Position numbers and translations under genes: made by a program. A stretch of 64,000 nucleotides of DNA from an uncultured Pseudomonadota bacterium (GTDB lineage: Bacteria; Pseudomonadota; Alphaproteobacteria; Rhizobiales; Xanthobacteraceae), in assembly GCA_963822085.1 (NCBI GenBank), contig CAWGGL010000047.1, forward strand, positions 89,891 through 153,890. Reading direction: 5' to 3'. This document shows positions 13,428 through 23,155 of the stretch, piece after piece. Each line of letters starts with the position of its first letter. The first letter of the stretch is position 1. The notes beneath the pieces were generated by a model. It saw only the letters and a program-made list of their open reading frames with translations, searched no databases and was not told where the DNA came from.

Positions 13428-13715
13428 ATGCCGCCCGTCGAAATCTACACCACCCGCTGGTGCCCCTATTGCACCATGGCCAAGGCGCTGCTGCAGCGCA
13501 AAGGCGTCGCCTTCAACGAGATCGACGTCGGCCGCGAGCGTGAACGCCGCGCGGAAATGACCCAGCGCGCGCATGGCCGCACCAGCGTGCCGCAGATATT
13601 CATCGGCTCGACGCATGTTGGTGGCTGCGACGACCTGCATGACCTCGAACGCGCCGGCAGGCTCGACCCTCTGCTCGCCAGCGAAAGCACGTCAGCGAAA
13701 GAGGCCCGCGCATGA
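13428..13715 (+). CDS. grxC: Glutaredoxin 3
   Basis: CPYC active site, SVPQIFI, HVGGCDDL. Confidence 0.95.
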   Translation: MPPVEIYTTRWCPYCTMAKALLQRKGVAFNEIDVGRERERRAEMTQRAHGRTSVPQIFIGSTHVGGCDDLHDLERAGRLDPLLASESTSAKEARA

Positions 13716-14590
13716 AGGACGGCACCTTCAAGGCCGCCATGATCCAGATGCGCTCGGGGCTAACGCCGAGCGCGAACATCGACGACGCCGCGCGTCTCAT
13801 CGGCGAAGCCAAGAGCGCCGGCGCCGACTACGTGCAGACGCCGGAGATGACCAACATCCTGGCGGCCAAGCGCGAGCAGTTGTTTTCGACCGTCGCCGAA
13901 GAGGACGCCGATCCCTCGCTCGCCGCCTTGCGCGAGCTCGCGCGCAAAGAAGCGCTCTATGTCCACGTCGGCTCGCTAGCGATCAAGCTTTCGCCGGAGC
14001 GCGCGGCCAACCGTTCCTTCCTGATTGATCCGAAGGGTGAAATCATCACCCGCTACGACAAGATCCACATGTTCGACGTCGATCTCGCCAACGGCGAGAG
14101 CTACCGCGAGTCGAACAGCTACAGCCCCGGCGAGACCGCAGTGCTCGCTGACCTGCCCTGGGGCCGGCTCGGCCTCACTGTTTGCTACGACATGCGCTTT
14201 CCCGCGCTCTATCGCGCGCTGGCCGAAGCTGGCGCCACCATGCTGGCCGCGCCTGCCGCGTTCACCCAGCAGACCGGCGAGGCGGGGCACTGGAGCACAC
14301 TGCTGCGCGCGCGTGCGATCGAGAACGGCTGCTTCGTGTTCGCTGCCGCGCAAGGCGGCAAACACGAGAACGGCCGCAGCACTTACGGCCATTCGCTGAT
14401 CGTGGACCCTTGGGGCCGCGTGCTGGCGGAAGGCGGCGATGCGCCCAGCGTGGTGGTGGCAGAGATCGACCTCGCTGAGGTCGCCAAGGCGCGCGGCCGC
14501 ATCCCGTCGCTGCAGCATGGCCGGCGCTTCGAGATTGTGGAGCCGATGGCCGAGCCGACCCATCTGCACGTGGTGCGGGGCGCCGAATGA
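13712..14590 (+). CDS. Carbon-nitrogen hydrolase (Nit1/deaminated glutathione amidase-like)
   Basis: TPE, YDKIHMFDV, VCYDMRFP (E-K-C triad), RARAIEN; ATGA overlap with grxC. Confidence 0.92.
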   Translation: MKDGTFKAAMIQMRSGLTPSANIDDAARLIGEAKSAGADYVQTPEMTNILAAKREQLFSTVAEEDADPSLAALRELARKEALYVHVGSLAIKLSPERAANRSFLIDPKGEIITRYDKIHMFDVDLANGESYRESNSYSPGETAVLADLPWGRLGLTVCYDMRFPALYRALAEAGATMLAAPAAFTQQTGEAGHWSTLLRARAIENGCFVFAAAQGGKHENGRSTYGHSLIVDPWGRVLAEGGDAPSVVVAEIDLAEVAKARGRIPSLQHGRRFEIVEPMAEPTHLHVVRGAE

Positions 14591-15084
14591 TCCGCTACAG
14601 CCTTATCTGCGACAAGGGCCACGAGTTCGAGAGCTGGTTCGCGGATTCGGCGGCCTACGACAAGCAGGCCAAGCGCAAGCTGGTGAGCTGCCCGGCGTGC
14701 GGCTCGGTGAAGGTCGAGAAGGCGTTGATGACGCCGCGGCTCGCATCGAGCAAGAAAGGGCGCGCGGTCGCCACCATGCCGGTCGAGGCGCCGTCGCCCG
14801 AAGCGCCGCCGCCTGAAGCACCGACGGAAACGCAGGCTCCGGTTGCGATGATGTCGCCGCAGGAGCACGAGCTGCGCAGCAAGCTGAAAGAATTGCGCGA
14901 CCACCTCACCAAGAATTCCGACAACGTCGGCGCCGAGTTCCCGGAAGAGGCGCGCAAGATGCATTACGGCGAGACCGAGCATCGCTCGATCTACGGCGTC
15001 GCCTCACCGGACGAAGCCAAGGACCTGGCCGAGGAAGGCATCGAATTCCACCCACTGCCGATGCTGCCGGACGAGCGGAACTAG
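14587..15084 (+). CDS. DUF1178 family protein
   Basis: MIRYSLICDKGHEFESWF..CPACGS..KALMTP; FPEEARKMHYGE. Confidence 0.9.
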   Translation: MIRYSLICDKGHEFESWFADSAAYDKQAKRKLVSCPACGSVKVEKALMTPRLASSKKGRAVATMPVEAPSPEAPPPEAPTETQAPVAMMSPQEHELRSKLKELRDHLTKNSDNVGAEFPEEARKMHYGETEHRSIYGVASPDEAKDLAEEGIEFHPLPMLPDERN

Positions 15085-15175
15085 GGCGCTTTCGCCTTTT
15101 GGGCACGTTACGCCGGCGAGAGCGACAATCGCTTCCGAAAATTGAGGGCCGCCAGGCCGCCGGCAATCCCGTCGA

Positions 15176-15190
15176 TTAACGTCGGATTAA
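15176..15190. promoter_or_regulatory. Perfect CtrA consensus box upstream of cheY-like gene
   Basis: TTAA-CGTCGGA-TTAA in an AT-rich intergenic region. Confidence 0.6.
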
Positions 15191-15303
15191 GATTGCACGC
15201 ATTAGTTTATCGATCTCATTTACTAACGAATTCCCGTCTGCGGGACGTTATTTAGAGCCGACAACCCTCCTTCCCATAACGGGCGCATCCAAGGAGCAAG
15301 GCG

Positions 15304-15714
15304 ATGGATCTCGACGTTTCGAAATCCGTACTCGTTGTCGATGACTCCAGCACCATGATCCGCCTCGTTTGCGGCATGCTGCAGCAAATTGGCTTCCAAG
15401 ACATCGAGACCGCACAGGGCGGAAATACGGCGCTCGCCAAGCTGAAGACCCATCACCGCGACCTGATGATCTCGGATTTGCACATGGAGCCGATGAGCGG
15501 CTTGGACCTGCTGCTGGCACTGCGCGGCGACTCGACCCACCTGGACATGCCGTTCATTATGATGACGACGACGTCTTGGACAAAGAAGGTCGTCGAGGCG
15601 AGGATCGCCGGCGCGAACAACTACATTCTCAAGCCGTTCGACGTGCTGGCATTGAAAAACAAGATCATGGCGGTGTTCGCCGAAAACGCCGGTCTCGCTT
15701 CAGCACAGGCCTGA
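15304..15714 (+). CDS. Single-domain response regulator (CheY-like)
   Basis: VLVVDDS, ISDLHMEPMSG phospho-Asp, NYILKPF; SD AAGGAG upstream. Confidence 0.9.
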   Translation: MDLDVSKSVLVVDDSSTMIRLVCGMLQQIGFQDIETAQGGNTALAKLKTHHRDLMISDLHMEPMSGLDLLLALRGDSTHLDMPFIMMTTTSWTKKVVEARIAGANNYILKPFDVLALKNKIMAVFAENAGLASAQA

Positions 15715-15731
15715 GCGCATAGCGGAATTGA

Positions 15732-15756
15732 GCGAATAGAGAATCTTTCTATTCGC
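15732..15756. terminator. Hairpin between convergent genes
   Basis: GCGAATAGA-N7-TCTATTCGC. Confidence 0.5.
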
Positions 15757-15782
15757 CACTCGCGAGTCCCTGTTCGCTTCCG

Positions 15783-16670
15783 TCAATATGCCCACAGCAA
15801 CAGCCCGACCCCGATCACTAGCAGTGCCATGCCGGCGATTTCGCGCGGCGTGGTCTTCTGCCTGAACAGGTAATGGCTGACGCCCTGCGCGAACAGCACT
15901 TCCACCAAGCCGAGCGTGCGCACGCTCGCCGCCGTCGCAATGGCAAAACCGAGAAACCAGAACTGCGAGGCGATCGCGCCCATGAAACCGGCGAAGCTCG
16001 CCGGCTTGTAGGCCTTGAAGATGGCGGTGAGCCGGCCCGGCTCGCGCAGCGCCAGATAAGCCGACAGCACGACCGACTGCAGGAACAGCCCGACGACCAG
16101 CGTAAACGTCGCCGCCACCACGAAGGTGTGGGTATGCTCGATCTCGAGGATGGCGCCGCGGAAGCCGGTCGCCGACAGGCCGAACAAGCTGGCGGAGACC
16201 AGCCCCAGCACCGTCGGCCTGATGCCGTTCTGCTGGACCGCGCCGCGCTTGAGCGACATCACGATGACGCCGGCTGTGGCGATGACAATTGCGAGTGCCA
16301 GCAGCGGCGTCACCTTGTCGCCGAGCAGCAGGAAGCCGAAGATCGCCACCTGCACCGGCTCGGTCTTGGTGTAGGCGATGGTCACCACGAAGGAGCGATC
16401 GTTCATCGCCGCCAGCATCGTGGCGGTGGCGCCGATTTGCGTGGCCATGCCGAGCACGACCCACGGCCAGAACGCGGACGGCGGATGCGGCAGAGCGGTG
16501 CCGGTCACCGTCAGAACGCCGATCAGGAACACGATCGAGAACGGAAAGCCGTAAAGGAAGCGCACGTGGGTGGCGCCGACGGTGCCGAGCGTCGCCGTGA
16601 GATGGCGCTGCATGGCGTTGCGCGCTGTCTGCGCCGACGCGGCGATGATGGTGAAGACGGCCCAGAGCAT
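15783..16670 (-). CDS. DMT/EamA family transporter
   Basis: About 10 hydrophobic helices; AQTARNAMQR, AYTKTEP. Confidence 0.88.
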   Translation of the reverse strand: MLWAVFTIIAASAQTARNAMQRHLTATLGTVGATHVRFLYGFPFSIVFLIGVLTVTGTALPHPPSAFWPWVVLGMATQIGATATMLAAMNDRSFVVTIAYTKTEPVQVAIFGFLLLGDKVTPLLALAIVIATAGVIVMSLKRGAVQQNGIRPTVLGLVSASLFGLSATGFRGAILEIEHTHTFVVAATFTLVVGLFLQSVVLSAYLALREPGRLTAIFKAYKPASFAGFMGAIASQFWFLGFAIATAASVRTLGLVEVLFAQGVSHYLFRQKTTPREIAGMALLVIGVGLLLWAY

Positions 16671-16683
16671 GGTCTATTCCACT

Positions 16684-16799
16684 GTCATGCGCGGGCCCGA
16701 CCCGCGCATCCACGATCACTTTCGGCGAATGAAATACGTTCGGAAGGCTGAACGTTTTGGTGGCGCATCATGGATTGCCGGGTCAAGCCCGGCAACGAC
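16684..16799. repeat. REP-like paired palindrome (family A)
   Basis: GTCATGCGCGGGCCCGACCCGCGCATCCAC ... TGGATTGCCGGGTCAAGCCCGGCAACGAC. Confidence 0.8.
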
Positions 16800-16842
16800 C
16801 ATCCTGATATGCACTCAGGCGCGTTTGCAGCGCAGCGAAGCT

Positions 16843-17184
16843 TCAAGCCGCGGACTGGATTTCCGCGGCGGCGGGGAACTCGCTGACCTTGCCGTGCTCG
16901 TTGTCGATGAGCAGGAATAGATCGAAATAGCGGATGCGCGGCGCGCTGCCCGTGCGCTTGATGATCGACTGCCGCCAAGCCTCGTCGTGCGCCTTCTTGG
17001 CGGCTTCGACCGAGGGCCAGACATAGACGCCAGCGCCGGTCTTACCGTCGAGCTCGAGTACAAAATGCTTGCGCAAGAGGTCCTCGTTGGCCTGCCACTT
17101 GGCAATGACGTGGCGCGCATCTTCCGCGACCTGCTCACGCGTCCAGCCCTTCGGCGACTCGAATTCCACGAATTCCAGGATCAT
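16843..17184 (-). CDS. YdhR-like/dimeric alpha-beta barrel putative monooxygenase
   Basis: [36 protein letters not shown]; ATG overlaps the ubiG stop (ATGA); hidden at the end of ORF 16843..17982. Confidence 0.75.
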   Translation of the reverse strand: MILEFVEFESPKGWTREQVAEDARHVIAKWQANEDLLRKHFVLELDGKTGAGVYVWPSVEAAKKAHDEAWRQSIIKRTGSAPRIRYFDLFLLIDNEHGKVSEFPAAAEIQSAA

Positions 17185-17951
17185 GCGCTTTCCCCCTGAT
17201 TTTCGGCGACCAGCATGTAGTTCACGTCCATGTCCGACGAGAGCTGCCAGCGGTCGGCGAACGGATTGTAGATCACCCCGCGCTCGCCGGTCACCTGAAG
17301 GCCCGCCCGCTCGATGGCGCGTTCCAGCTCTTGCGGTGTGACGAACTTGTCCCATTGGTGGGTGCCGCGCGGCAGCCAGCGCAGTACGTATTCGGCGCCG
17401 ACGATGGCGAGCGCGAAACTCTTGAGCGTGCGGTTGAGGGTGGCGGCGACCATCAGCCCACCCGGCTTCACCATCGCGGCGCAGGTTTCGACGAACAGGC
17501 CGACGTCGGTGACGTGCTCGACCACCTCCATCGCCAGCACCACGTCGAAGCGTTCGTTCGCCTCGGCCAGCGCCTCCGCGGTGGTGGCGCGGTAATCGAC
17601 GGTCACGCCGCTCTGTTCGGCGTGGAGCTGCGCCACCTCGATATTCTCTTCCGCCGGATCCGCCCCCACCATGTCGGCGCCGAGCCGCGCCAGCGGCTCC
17701 GACAAGACGCCGCCGCCGCAGCCGATGTCGAGCATGCGCAGACCTTTGAGGCAGTCGAGCGTCTTGGGGTCGCGGCCGAAATGGTCGGCGGCCTGGTCGC
17801 GGATATAGCCAAGCCGCACCGGATTGAGCTTGTGCAGCGGCGCCATCGGCCCGCGCGGGTCCCACCAGTCGGGCGCGATGCGCGCGAAGCGCTCCACCTC
17901 GGCGGCGTCGATGGTGGTATCTCTGCCTTGGCGGGCGTGTCGTGCGGCCAT
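17181..17951 (-). CDS. ubiG: Ubiquinone biosynthesis O-methyltransferase UbiG
   Basis: [44 protein letters not shown]. Confidence 0.96.
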   Translation of the reverse strand: MAARHARQGRDTTIDAAEVERFARIAPDWWDPRGPMAPLHKLNPVRLGYIRDQAADHFGRDPKTLDCLKGLRMLDIGCGGGVLSEPLARLGADMVGADPAEENIEVAQLHAEQSGVTVDYRATTAEALAEANERFDVVLAMEVVEHVTDVGLFVETCAAMVKPGGLMVAATLNRTLKSFALAIVGAEYVLRWLPRGTHQWDKFVTPQELERAIERAGLQVTGERGVIYNPFADRWQLSSDMDVNYMLVAENQGESA

Positions 17952-18098
17952 GGTCCGATCCTAACCTTAGGCGCGGGTTCAAGTTGCGGCCCCCTGCCCC
18001 CGCCGTTATGTATACGCGGCTTTTCGGGCCGGCGCTCGGGGCTTTACGCCTCGCGCCGGCCGCTTGTTAGCGCGTTTCGGCGCGTCCGGGAACGTTCA

Positions 18099-19352
18099 AT
18101 GGCTCGGCTGGTAATGAAATTCGGCGGGACGTCGGTCGCCGACCTCGACCGCATCCGCAACGTGGCGCGTCACGTGAAGCGCGAGGTGGAGGCCGGCTAC
18201 GACGTGGCCGTGGTGGTTTCGGCCATGGCCGGGGTGACCAACCAGCTCGTCGCCTGGTGCCGCGAGGCCGCGCCCCTGCACGACGCCCGCGAATACGACG
18301 CCGTGGTGGCGACCGGCGAGGAGGTCACCGCCGGCCTGCTCGCCATGGTGCTGGAAGGCATGGGCGTCAACGCCCGCTCCTGGCAGGGCTGGCAGCTCCC
18401 GATCCTCACCAGCAACGTGCACGGCTCGGCCCGCATCCTCGACGTCAACGGCGCCGAGCTGATCAAGCGTTTCGCCGATCAGAAGCAGGTGGCGGTGATC
18501 GCCGGCTTCCAAGGCATGTACAAGGAGACGGGCCGCATCACCACGCTCGGCCGCGGCGGCTCCGACACCTCGGCGGTGGCGATCGCGGCGGCCATCGGCG
18601 CCGAGCGCTGCGACATCTACACCGACGTCGACGGCGTCTACACCACCGACCCGCGCGTGGTGCCGAAGGCCAAGCGCATGGAGCGTGTGGCCTTCGAGGA
18701 AATGCTCGAGCTCGCCTCGCAAGGCGCCAAGGTCATGCAGGTGCGCTCGGTCGAGCTCGGCATGATGCACAACGTGCGCATCTTCGTGCGGTCCAGCTTC
18801 GAGAAGCCGGAAGACATCGACCCGCGTCTGCCGCCGTCCGGCACGCTCATTTGCGACGAGGAAGACATCGTGGAACAGCAAGTCGTCACCGGCATCGCCT
18901 TCTCCAAGGACGAGGCGCAGGTTTCCATCCGCCGCGTGCGGGACAAGCCCGGCATCGCCGCCGCCATCTTCGGCCCGCTCGCCGACGCCAACATCAACGT
19001 CGACATGATCGTGCAGACGGTCTCCCCCGACGGCGCCACCACCGACCTCACCTTCACGGTGCCGTCGGCCGACTTCGACCGCGCCAAGGGCGTGATCGAG
19101 AAGAACAAGGCCGACATCGGCTTTGAGGCCATCGACGGCGCCACCGAGGTCGCCAAGATTTCGGTCATCGGTATCGGCATGCGCAGCCACGTCGGCGTCG
19201 CCTCCGCCGCCTTCAAGGCGCTGTCGGAGCGCGGCATCAACATCCGCGCCATCACCACTTCCGAGATCAAGTTCTCGGTGCTGATCGACGCCGAATATAC
19301 CGAGCTGGCGGTGCGCACCCTGCACACGCTCTACGGACTGGATAAGGCGTAG
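18099..19352 (+). CDS. lysC: Aspartate kinase
   Basis: VMKFGGTSV, TTLGRGGSDTSA, DIYTDVDG, two ACT domains; true start ATG 18099 (ORF track over-extends). Confidence 0.97.
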   Translation: MARLVMKFGGTSVADLDRIRNVARHVKREVEAGYDVAVVVSAMAGVTNQLVAWCREAAPLHDAREYDAVVATGEEVTAGLLAMVLEGMGVNARSWQGWQLPILTSNVHGSARILDVNGAELIKRFADQKQVAVIAGFQGMYKETGRITTLGRGGSDTSAVAIAAAIGAERCDIYTDVDGVYTTDPRVVPKAKRMERVAFEEMLELASQGAKVMQVRSVELGMMHNVRIFVRSSFEKPEDIDPRLPPSGTLICDEEDIVEQQVVTGIAFSKDEAQVSIRRVRDKPGIAAAIFGPLADANINVDMIVQTVSPDGATTDLTFTVPSADFDRAKGVIEKNKADIGFEAIDGATEVAKISVIGIGMRSHVGVASAAFKALSERGINIRAITTSEIKFSVLIDAEYTELAVRTLHTLYGLDKA

Positions 19353-19414
19353 AGCGTTTCCAGGCGAAGCGGGAACCGGTTCGCCGTCAGCAGACGCGAA
19401 AAAGTAAGACTTAG
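19350..19414 (+). repeat. Stop-codon-anchored RIME/Bru-RS-like palindromic repeat (family D)
   Basis: TAGAGCGTTTCCAGGCGAAGCGGGAACCGGTTCGCCGTC..; inverted homolog at 36256-36308. Confidence 0.7.
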
Positions 19415-19503
19415 ACGCGCGCCACCCTCAGGGCTCCCCCGCTTGCCGCGGTGGTGGGCGAGTGCGACAAATCGATCGTAAAAAATCGGGAGGCCGTCAG
19501 CCC

Positions 19504-20496
19504 ATGCGCGTCGTCGCGCTCGAAGAGCATTTCACCGTACCGGAACTGGTCAAGCGGATCGATCCCGCAGTCATCAAGGCGCGCGGTTTTATCCCGCGCC
19601 AGGTGCCCAAGGACCGGCCGAACCCCATGGAACTCAACAAGGAAATCGGCGAAATCCGGCTCAAGTCCATGGACGACACCGGCATCACGCTGCAGGTGCT
19701 GTCCAACACCGGCCCCGGCCCCGATCTCGTGCCCGGCCCCGACGGCGTCGCCATGGCGCGCGAGATGAACGATTATCTGGCGGAAGCCTGCAAGCGCCAT
19801 CCGGACCGCTTCGCCGGCTTCGCCGTGCTGCCGCTGTGCACGCCCGAAGCCTGCGCCGCGGAGCTCACGCGCTGCGTCAACGAACTCGGCTTCCTGGGCG
19901 CGCTGGTCAACGGCACCACCGACGGCAAGTTCCTCGACGATCCGAGCTACGACGACCTGCTGGCCGAGGCCGTGAAGCTCGACGTGCCGATCTACATCCA
20001 TCCGCACATCCCGCCGGCGCCGGTGCGCGAGGCCTACTATTCCGGCCTTACCGACGGCGCCAGCCGCGTGATTTCGACCGCCGGCTGGGGCTGGCACCAG
20101 GAAACCGCGGTGCACGTGTTGCGTCTGGTGCTCGCCGGCACCCTCGACAAGCATCCCAAGCTCAAGATCATCATCGGCCACATGGGGGAGATGATCCCGG
20201 TGATGATGGCGCGCATGGACGCGGTGTCGTCGCTCGACATCGGGCACCTGCAGCGGACCATCAGCCAGACCATCCTCGACCAGACCTGGATCACGACCAG
20301 CGGCATCTTCACCCAGCCGCCGTTCCTGGCTGCGCTGCAGACCTTCGGTATCGACCGCATCATGTTCTCGGTCGACTACCCCTACGCGCCCAACCAGGCC
20401 GGCCGGCGCTTCCTCGACCAAGTCAGCCTTTCGCCGAACGACAAGATCAAGCTCTGCCACGGCACCGCGGACGCGCTGCTCAAGCTGAAGGTGTGA
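19504..20496 (+). CDS. Amidohydrolase_2 family metal-dependent decarboxylase/hydrolase (LigW/resorcylate decarboxylase-like)
   Basis: ALEEHF, PIYIHP, IIGHMGE, RIMFSVDYPY. Confidence 0.85.
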   Translation: MRVVALEEHFTVPELVKRIDPAVIKARGFIPRQVPKDRPNPMELNKEIGEIRLKSMDDTGITLQVLSNTGPGPDLVPGPDGVAMAREMNDYLAEACKRHPDRFAGFAVLPLCTPEACAAELTRCVNELGFLGALVNGTTDGKFLDDPSYDDLLAEAVKLDVPIYIHPHIPPAPVREAYYSGLTDGASRVISTAGWGWHQETAVHVLRLVLAGTLDKHPKLKIIIGHMGEMIPVMMARMDAVSSLDIGHLQRTISQTILDQTWITTSGIFTQPPFLAALQTFGIDRIMFSVDYPYAPNQAGRRFLDQVSLSPNDKIKLCHGTADALLKLKV

Positions 20497-20755
20497 GGGC
20501 GCGGACCCAAAGCCATCGTTCCGTCACCCGGAGGTGGCCACCCTGCGGGCGAAAGCCTCCGGATGACGGGTTAAGCCAGTAAAATACCCGTTTGGCTTGC
20601 CCCTTGCATGGGCCATTCGCTATAGGCTGACCCAGGATGCGGGCGCGGGGCTTTCTTGGCCCCGGGGTCGCAGTTCGTTCACTTTCGGGCCGTAAATCAA
20701 GGTCAAATGGCCCAAGACCGGACTGAAAAGACCGGCGCTGAACAAGGACTTCACA

Positions 20756-23023
20756 ATGCGTGGCGCGCTCGGCGGTCCGCGCGTGCTGTTGCGGCGGCTC
20801 CGCGAGGTGATGGCGGAGCCGGTCAGCGCGCAGGAACGCCTCGATAAGATTGTTGTCCTGATCGCCGCCAACATGGTGGCGGAGGTGTGCTCTGTCTACG
20901 TGCTGCGCGTAGACGCAACGCTCGAGCTGTACGCCACCGAAGGCCTCAACCGCGAAGCCGTCCACCAGACCGTCATGAATGCCGACGAGGGCCTGGTCGG
21001 CCTGGTCGCCAGCGAGGCCAATCCGATCAACCTGTCGGAAGCCCACGCCCACCCGGCCTTCTCGTTCCGCCCGGAAACCGGCGAAGAAATCTACCACTCC
21101 TTCCTCGGCGTGCCGATCCTGCGCGCCGGCAATACCCTCGGCGTGCTGGTGGTGCAGAACCGCGCGCGGCGCACCTACACCGAAGAGGAAGAGGAGGCGC
21201 TGCAGACCACCTCCATGGTGCTCGCCGAGATGATCGCCTCCGGCGAACTGTCGGCGCTGGCGCCGCCCGGCGCCGAGCCGGCCGCACGTCACACCATGCA
21301 CGTGACCGGCACGCCGCTGTCGGACGGCATCGCGCTCGGGCATGTGGTGCTGCATGAGCCGCGCGTGGTCATCACCAACGTCATCGCCGATGACGTCAAG
21401 CGCGAGTCCAAGCGCCTCGACGCGGCGATCGCCACCTTGCGCGCCGACCTCGACCGGCTGGTCGAGCACCGCGACCTCGCCGACGGCGGTGAGCACCGCG
21501 ACATTCTCGAAGCCTACCGCATGTTCTCCTACGACCAGAGCTGGCTGCACAAGATCCGCGAAGCCGTGATGACCGGCCTCACCGCCGAAGCCGGCGTCGA
21601 GCGCGTGCAGTCGGACACCCGCGCGCGCATGCTGCGCGCCTCCGATCCCTACCTGCGCGAGCGCCTGCACGACCTCGACGACCTCGCCAACCGGCTGATG
21701 CGCGTCTTGACCGGCAAGGACCACGCGCCGACCAAGGAGCAGCTGCCGGACAACGCCATCATCGTCGCCCGCGCCATGGGCCCCGCCGCGCTGCTCGACT
21801 ACGACCGCAAGAAACTGCGCGGCCTCGTGCTGGAGGAAGGCGGCCCCACCTCGCACGTCTCGATCGTGGCGCGCGCGCTCGGCATCCCGACCGTGGGCGA
21901 GATCGACAACGCCACCGGCATGGTGGAATCGGGCGACGCCATCATCGTTGACGCCACCACCGGCCAGGTGCACATGCGCCCGCCGGCGGACATCGAGTCG
22001 GCCTATGGCGAGCGGGTGAAGCTGCGCGCGCGCCGGCAGGCGCAGTACCGCGCGCTGCGCGACCAACCCTGCGTGAGCAAGGACGGGCAGAAGATCGCGC
22101 TCATGATCAACGCGGGGCTCGCCATCGACCTGCCGCACATCGAGGAGACCGGCGCTGCCGGCATCGGCCTGTTCCGCACCGAGCTGCAGTTCATGGTGGC
22201 CAACGCTTTTCCGCGCACCGGCGAGCAACTTACGCTCTATCAGGACGTGCTCGACGCCGCCGGCAATTTGCCGGTGACCTTCCGCACCCTCGATATCGGC
22301 GGCGACAAGGTGCTGCCCTATATGCGCAACGTGGAAGAGGAAAACCCGGCGCTCGGATGGCGCGCCATCCGCCTCGGACTCGACCGCCCCGGCCTCTTGC
22401 GCAGCCAGGTGCGCGCGCTCTTGCGCGCCGCCGGTGGCCGGCAGCTCAAGATCATGTTTCCGATGATCGCCATGGTAGAGGAGTTCGACAAGGCCAAGGC
22501 GCTGGTCGAGGTCGAACTGACCCATCTGCGCCGGCACGGCCATGCGTTGCCCGAGCGGGTGGAGATCGGCGCCATGCTGGAAGTGCCGTCTCTTCTGTTC
22601 CAGCTCGACGAATTGCTGGAGCGGGTGGATTTCCTGTCGGTCGGCTCGAACGACCTGATGCAGTTCCTCTACGCCGCCGACCGCGGCAACGCCCGCGTCA
22701 GCAACCGCTTCGATCCGCTCTCGACGCCGATGATGCGCGCGCTCAAGGACATCGTCGACAAGGGTGAAAAGCACGGCAAGCCGGTGACGCTGTGCGGCGA
22801 GCTCGCCTCGCAGCCGATCGGGGCGCTGGCGCTCGCCATTCTCGGCTACCGCGCGCTGTCGCTGTCGCCCTCTGCGGTCGGCCCGGTGAAGGCGCTGCTG
22901 CTCGACCTCGACTGCCGCAAGGCCGAGGAGGCGATCCTGCCGCTGCTCGACCAGCCGATCGGCAGCGTGTCGATCCGCCACAAGCTGGAAAGCTTCGCGG
23001 CGGCGGAAGGCCTGCAGTTGTAG
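20756..23023 (+). CDS. ptsP: Nitrogen-related PTS enzyme I (GAF + EI)
   Basis: N-terminal GAF, GGPTSHVSI phospho-His, GIGLFRTE, RTLDIGGDK, SVGSNDL, CGE. Confidence 0.97.
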   Translation: MRGALGGPRVLLRRLREVMAEPVSAQERLDKIVVLIAANMVAEVCSVYVLRVDATLELYATEGLNREAVHQTVMNADEGLVGLVASEANPINLSEAHAHPAFSFRPETGEEIYHSFLGVPILRAGNTLGVLVVQNRARRTYTEEEEEALQTTSMVLAEMIASGELSALAPPGAEPAARHTMHVTGTPLSDGIALGHVVLHEPRVVITNVIADDVKRESKRLDAAIATLRADLDRLVEHRDLADGGEHRDILEAYRMFSYDQSWLHKIREAVMTGLTAEAGVERVQSDTRARMLRASDPYLRERLHDLDDLANRLMRVLTGKDHAPTKEQLPDNAIIVARAMGPAALLDYDRKKLRGLVLEEGGPTSHVSIVARALGIPTVGEIDNATGMVESGDAIIVDATTGQVHMRPPADIESAYGERVKLRARRQAQYRALRDQPCVSKDGQKIALMINAGLAIDLPHIEETGAAGIGLFRTELQFMVANAFPRTGEQLTLYQDVLDAAGNLPVTFRTLDIGGDKVLPYMRNVEEENPALGWRAIRLGLDRPGLLRSQVRALLRAAGGRQLKIMFPMIAMVEEFDKAKALVEVELTHLRRHGHALPERVEIGAMLEVPSLLFQLDELLERVDFLSVGSNDLMQFLYAADRGNARVSNRFDPLSTPMMRALKDIVDKGEKHGKPVTLCGELASQPIGALALAILGYRALSLSPSAVGPVKALLLDLDCRKAEEAILPLLDQPIGSVSIRHKLESFAAAEGLQL

Positions 23024-23043
23024 CTAATTATCTGTGCCAAGAC

Positions 23044-23132
23044 GTCGTGGCCGGGCTTGTCCCGCCCATCCACGCCTTCTACTTAATTGTGCCTCTTGAA
23101 GGCATGAATGCCCGGCCCGAAGCGGGCCAAGA
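23044..23132. repeat. Degenerate REP-like paired palindrome (family A)
   Basis: GTCGTGGCCGGGCTTGTCCCGCCCATCCAC ... ATGAATGCCCGGCCCGAAGCGGGC. Confidence 0.65.
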
Positions 23133-23155
23133 AGAAATCAAATGAGACGCTGACT

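Noticed and set aside
17331-18098. N-terminal extension of aspartate kinase (673-aa ORF)
   Set aside because: It overlaps ubiG antisense; the family N-terminus begins at ATG 18099.
20593-20608. Sigma-54-like TGGCTTGCCCCTTGCA upstream of ptsP
   Set aside because: The spacing fits, but the -24 element is poor and an overlapping sigma-70-like TTGCCC-N18-TATAGG explains the region equally well.
20480-22981. 833-aa antisense ORF opposite ptsP (and similar long shadow ORFs opposite secA, lysC, ggt, ispG and the acyl-CoA dehydrogenase)
   Set aside because: These are typical stop-poor antisense frames of high-GC genes. They have no recognisable motifs and fully overlap well-supported genes.
23142-23153. 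Tiny uORF ATG-AGA-CGC-TGA just before prfA as a release-factor autoregulation device
   Set aside because: The stop is UGA (read by RF2, not RF1), there is no slippery site, and it is likely chance next to a decayed REP.
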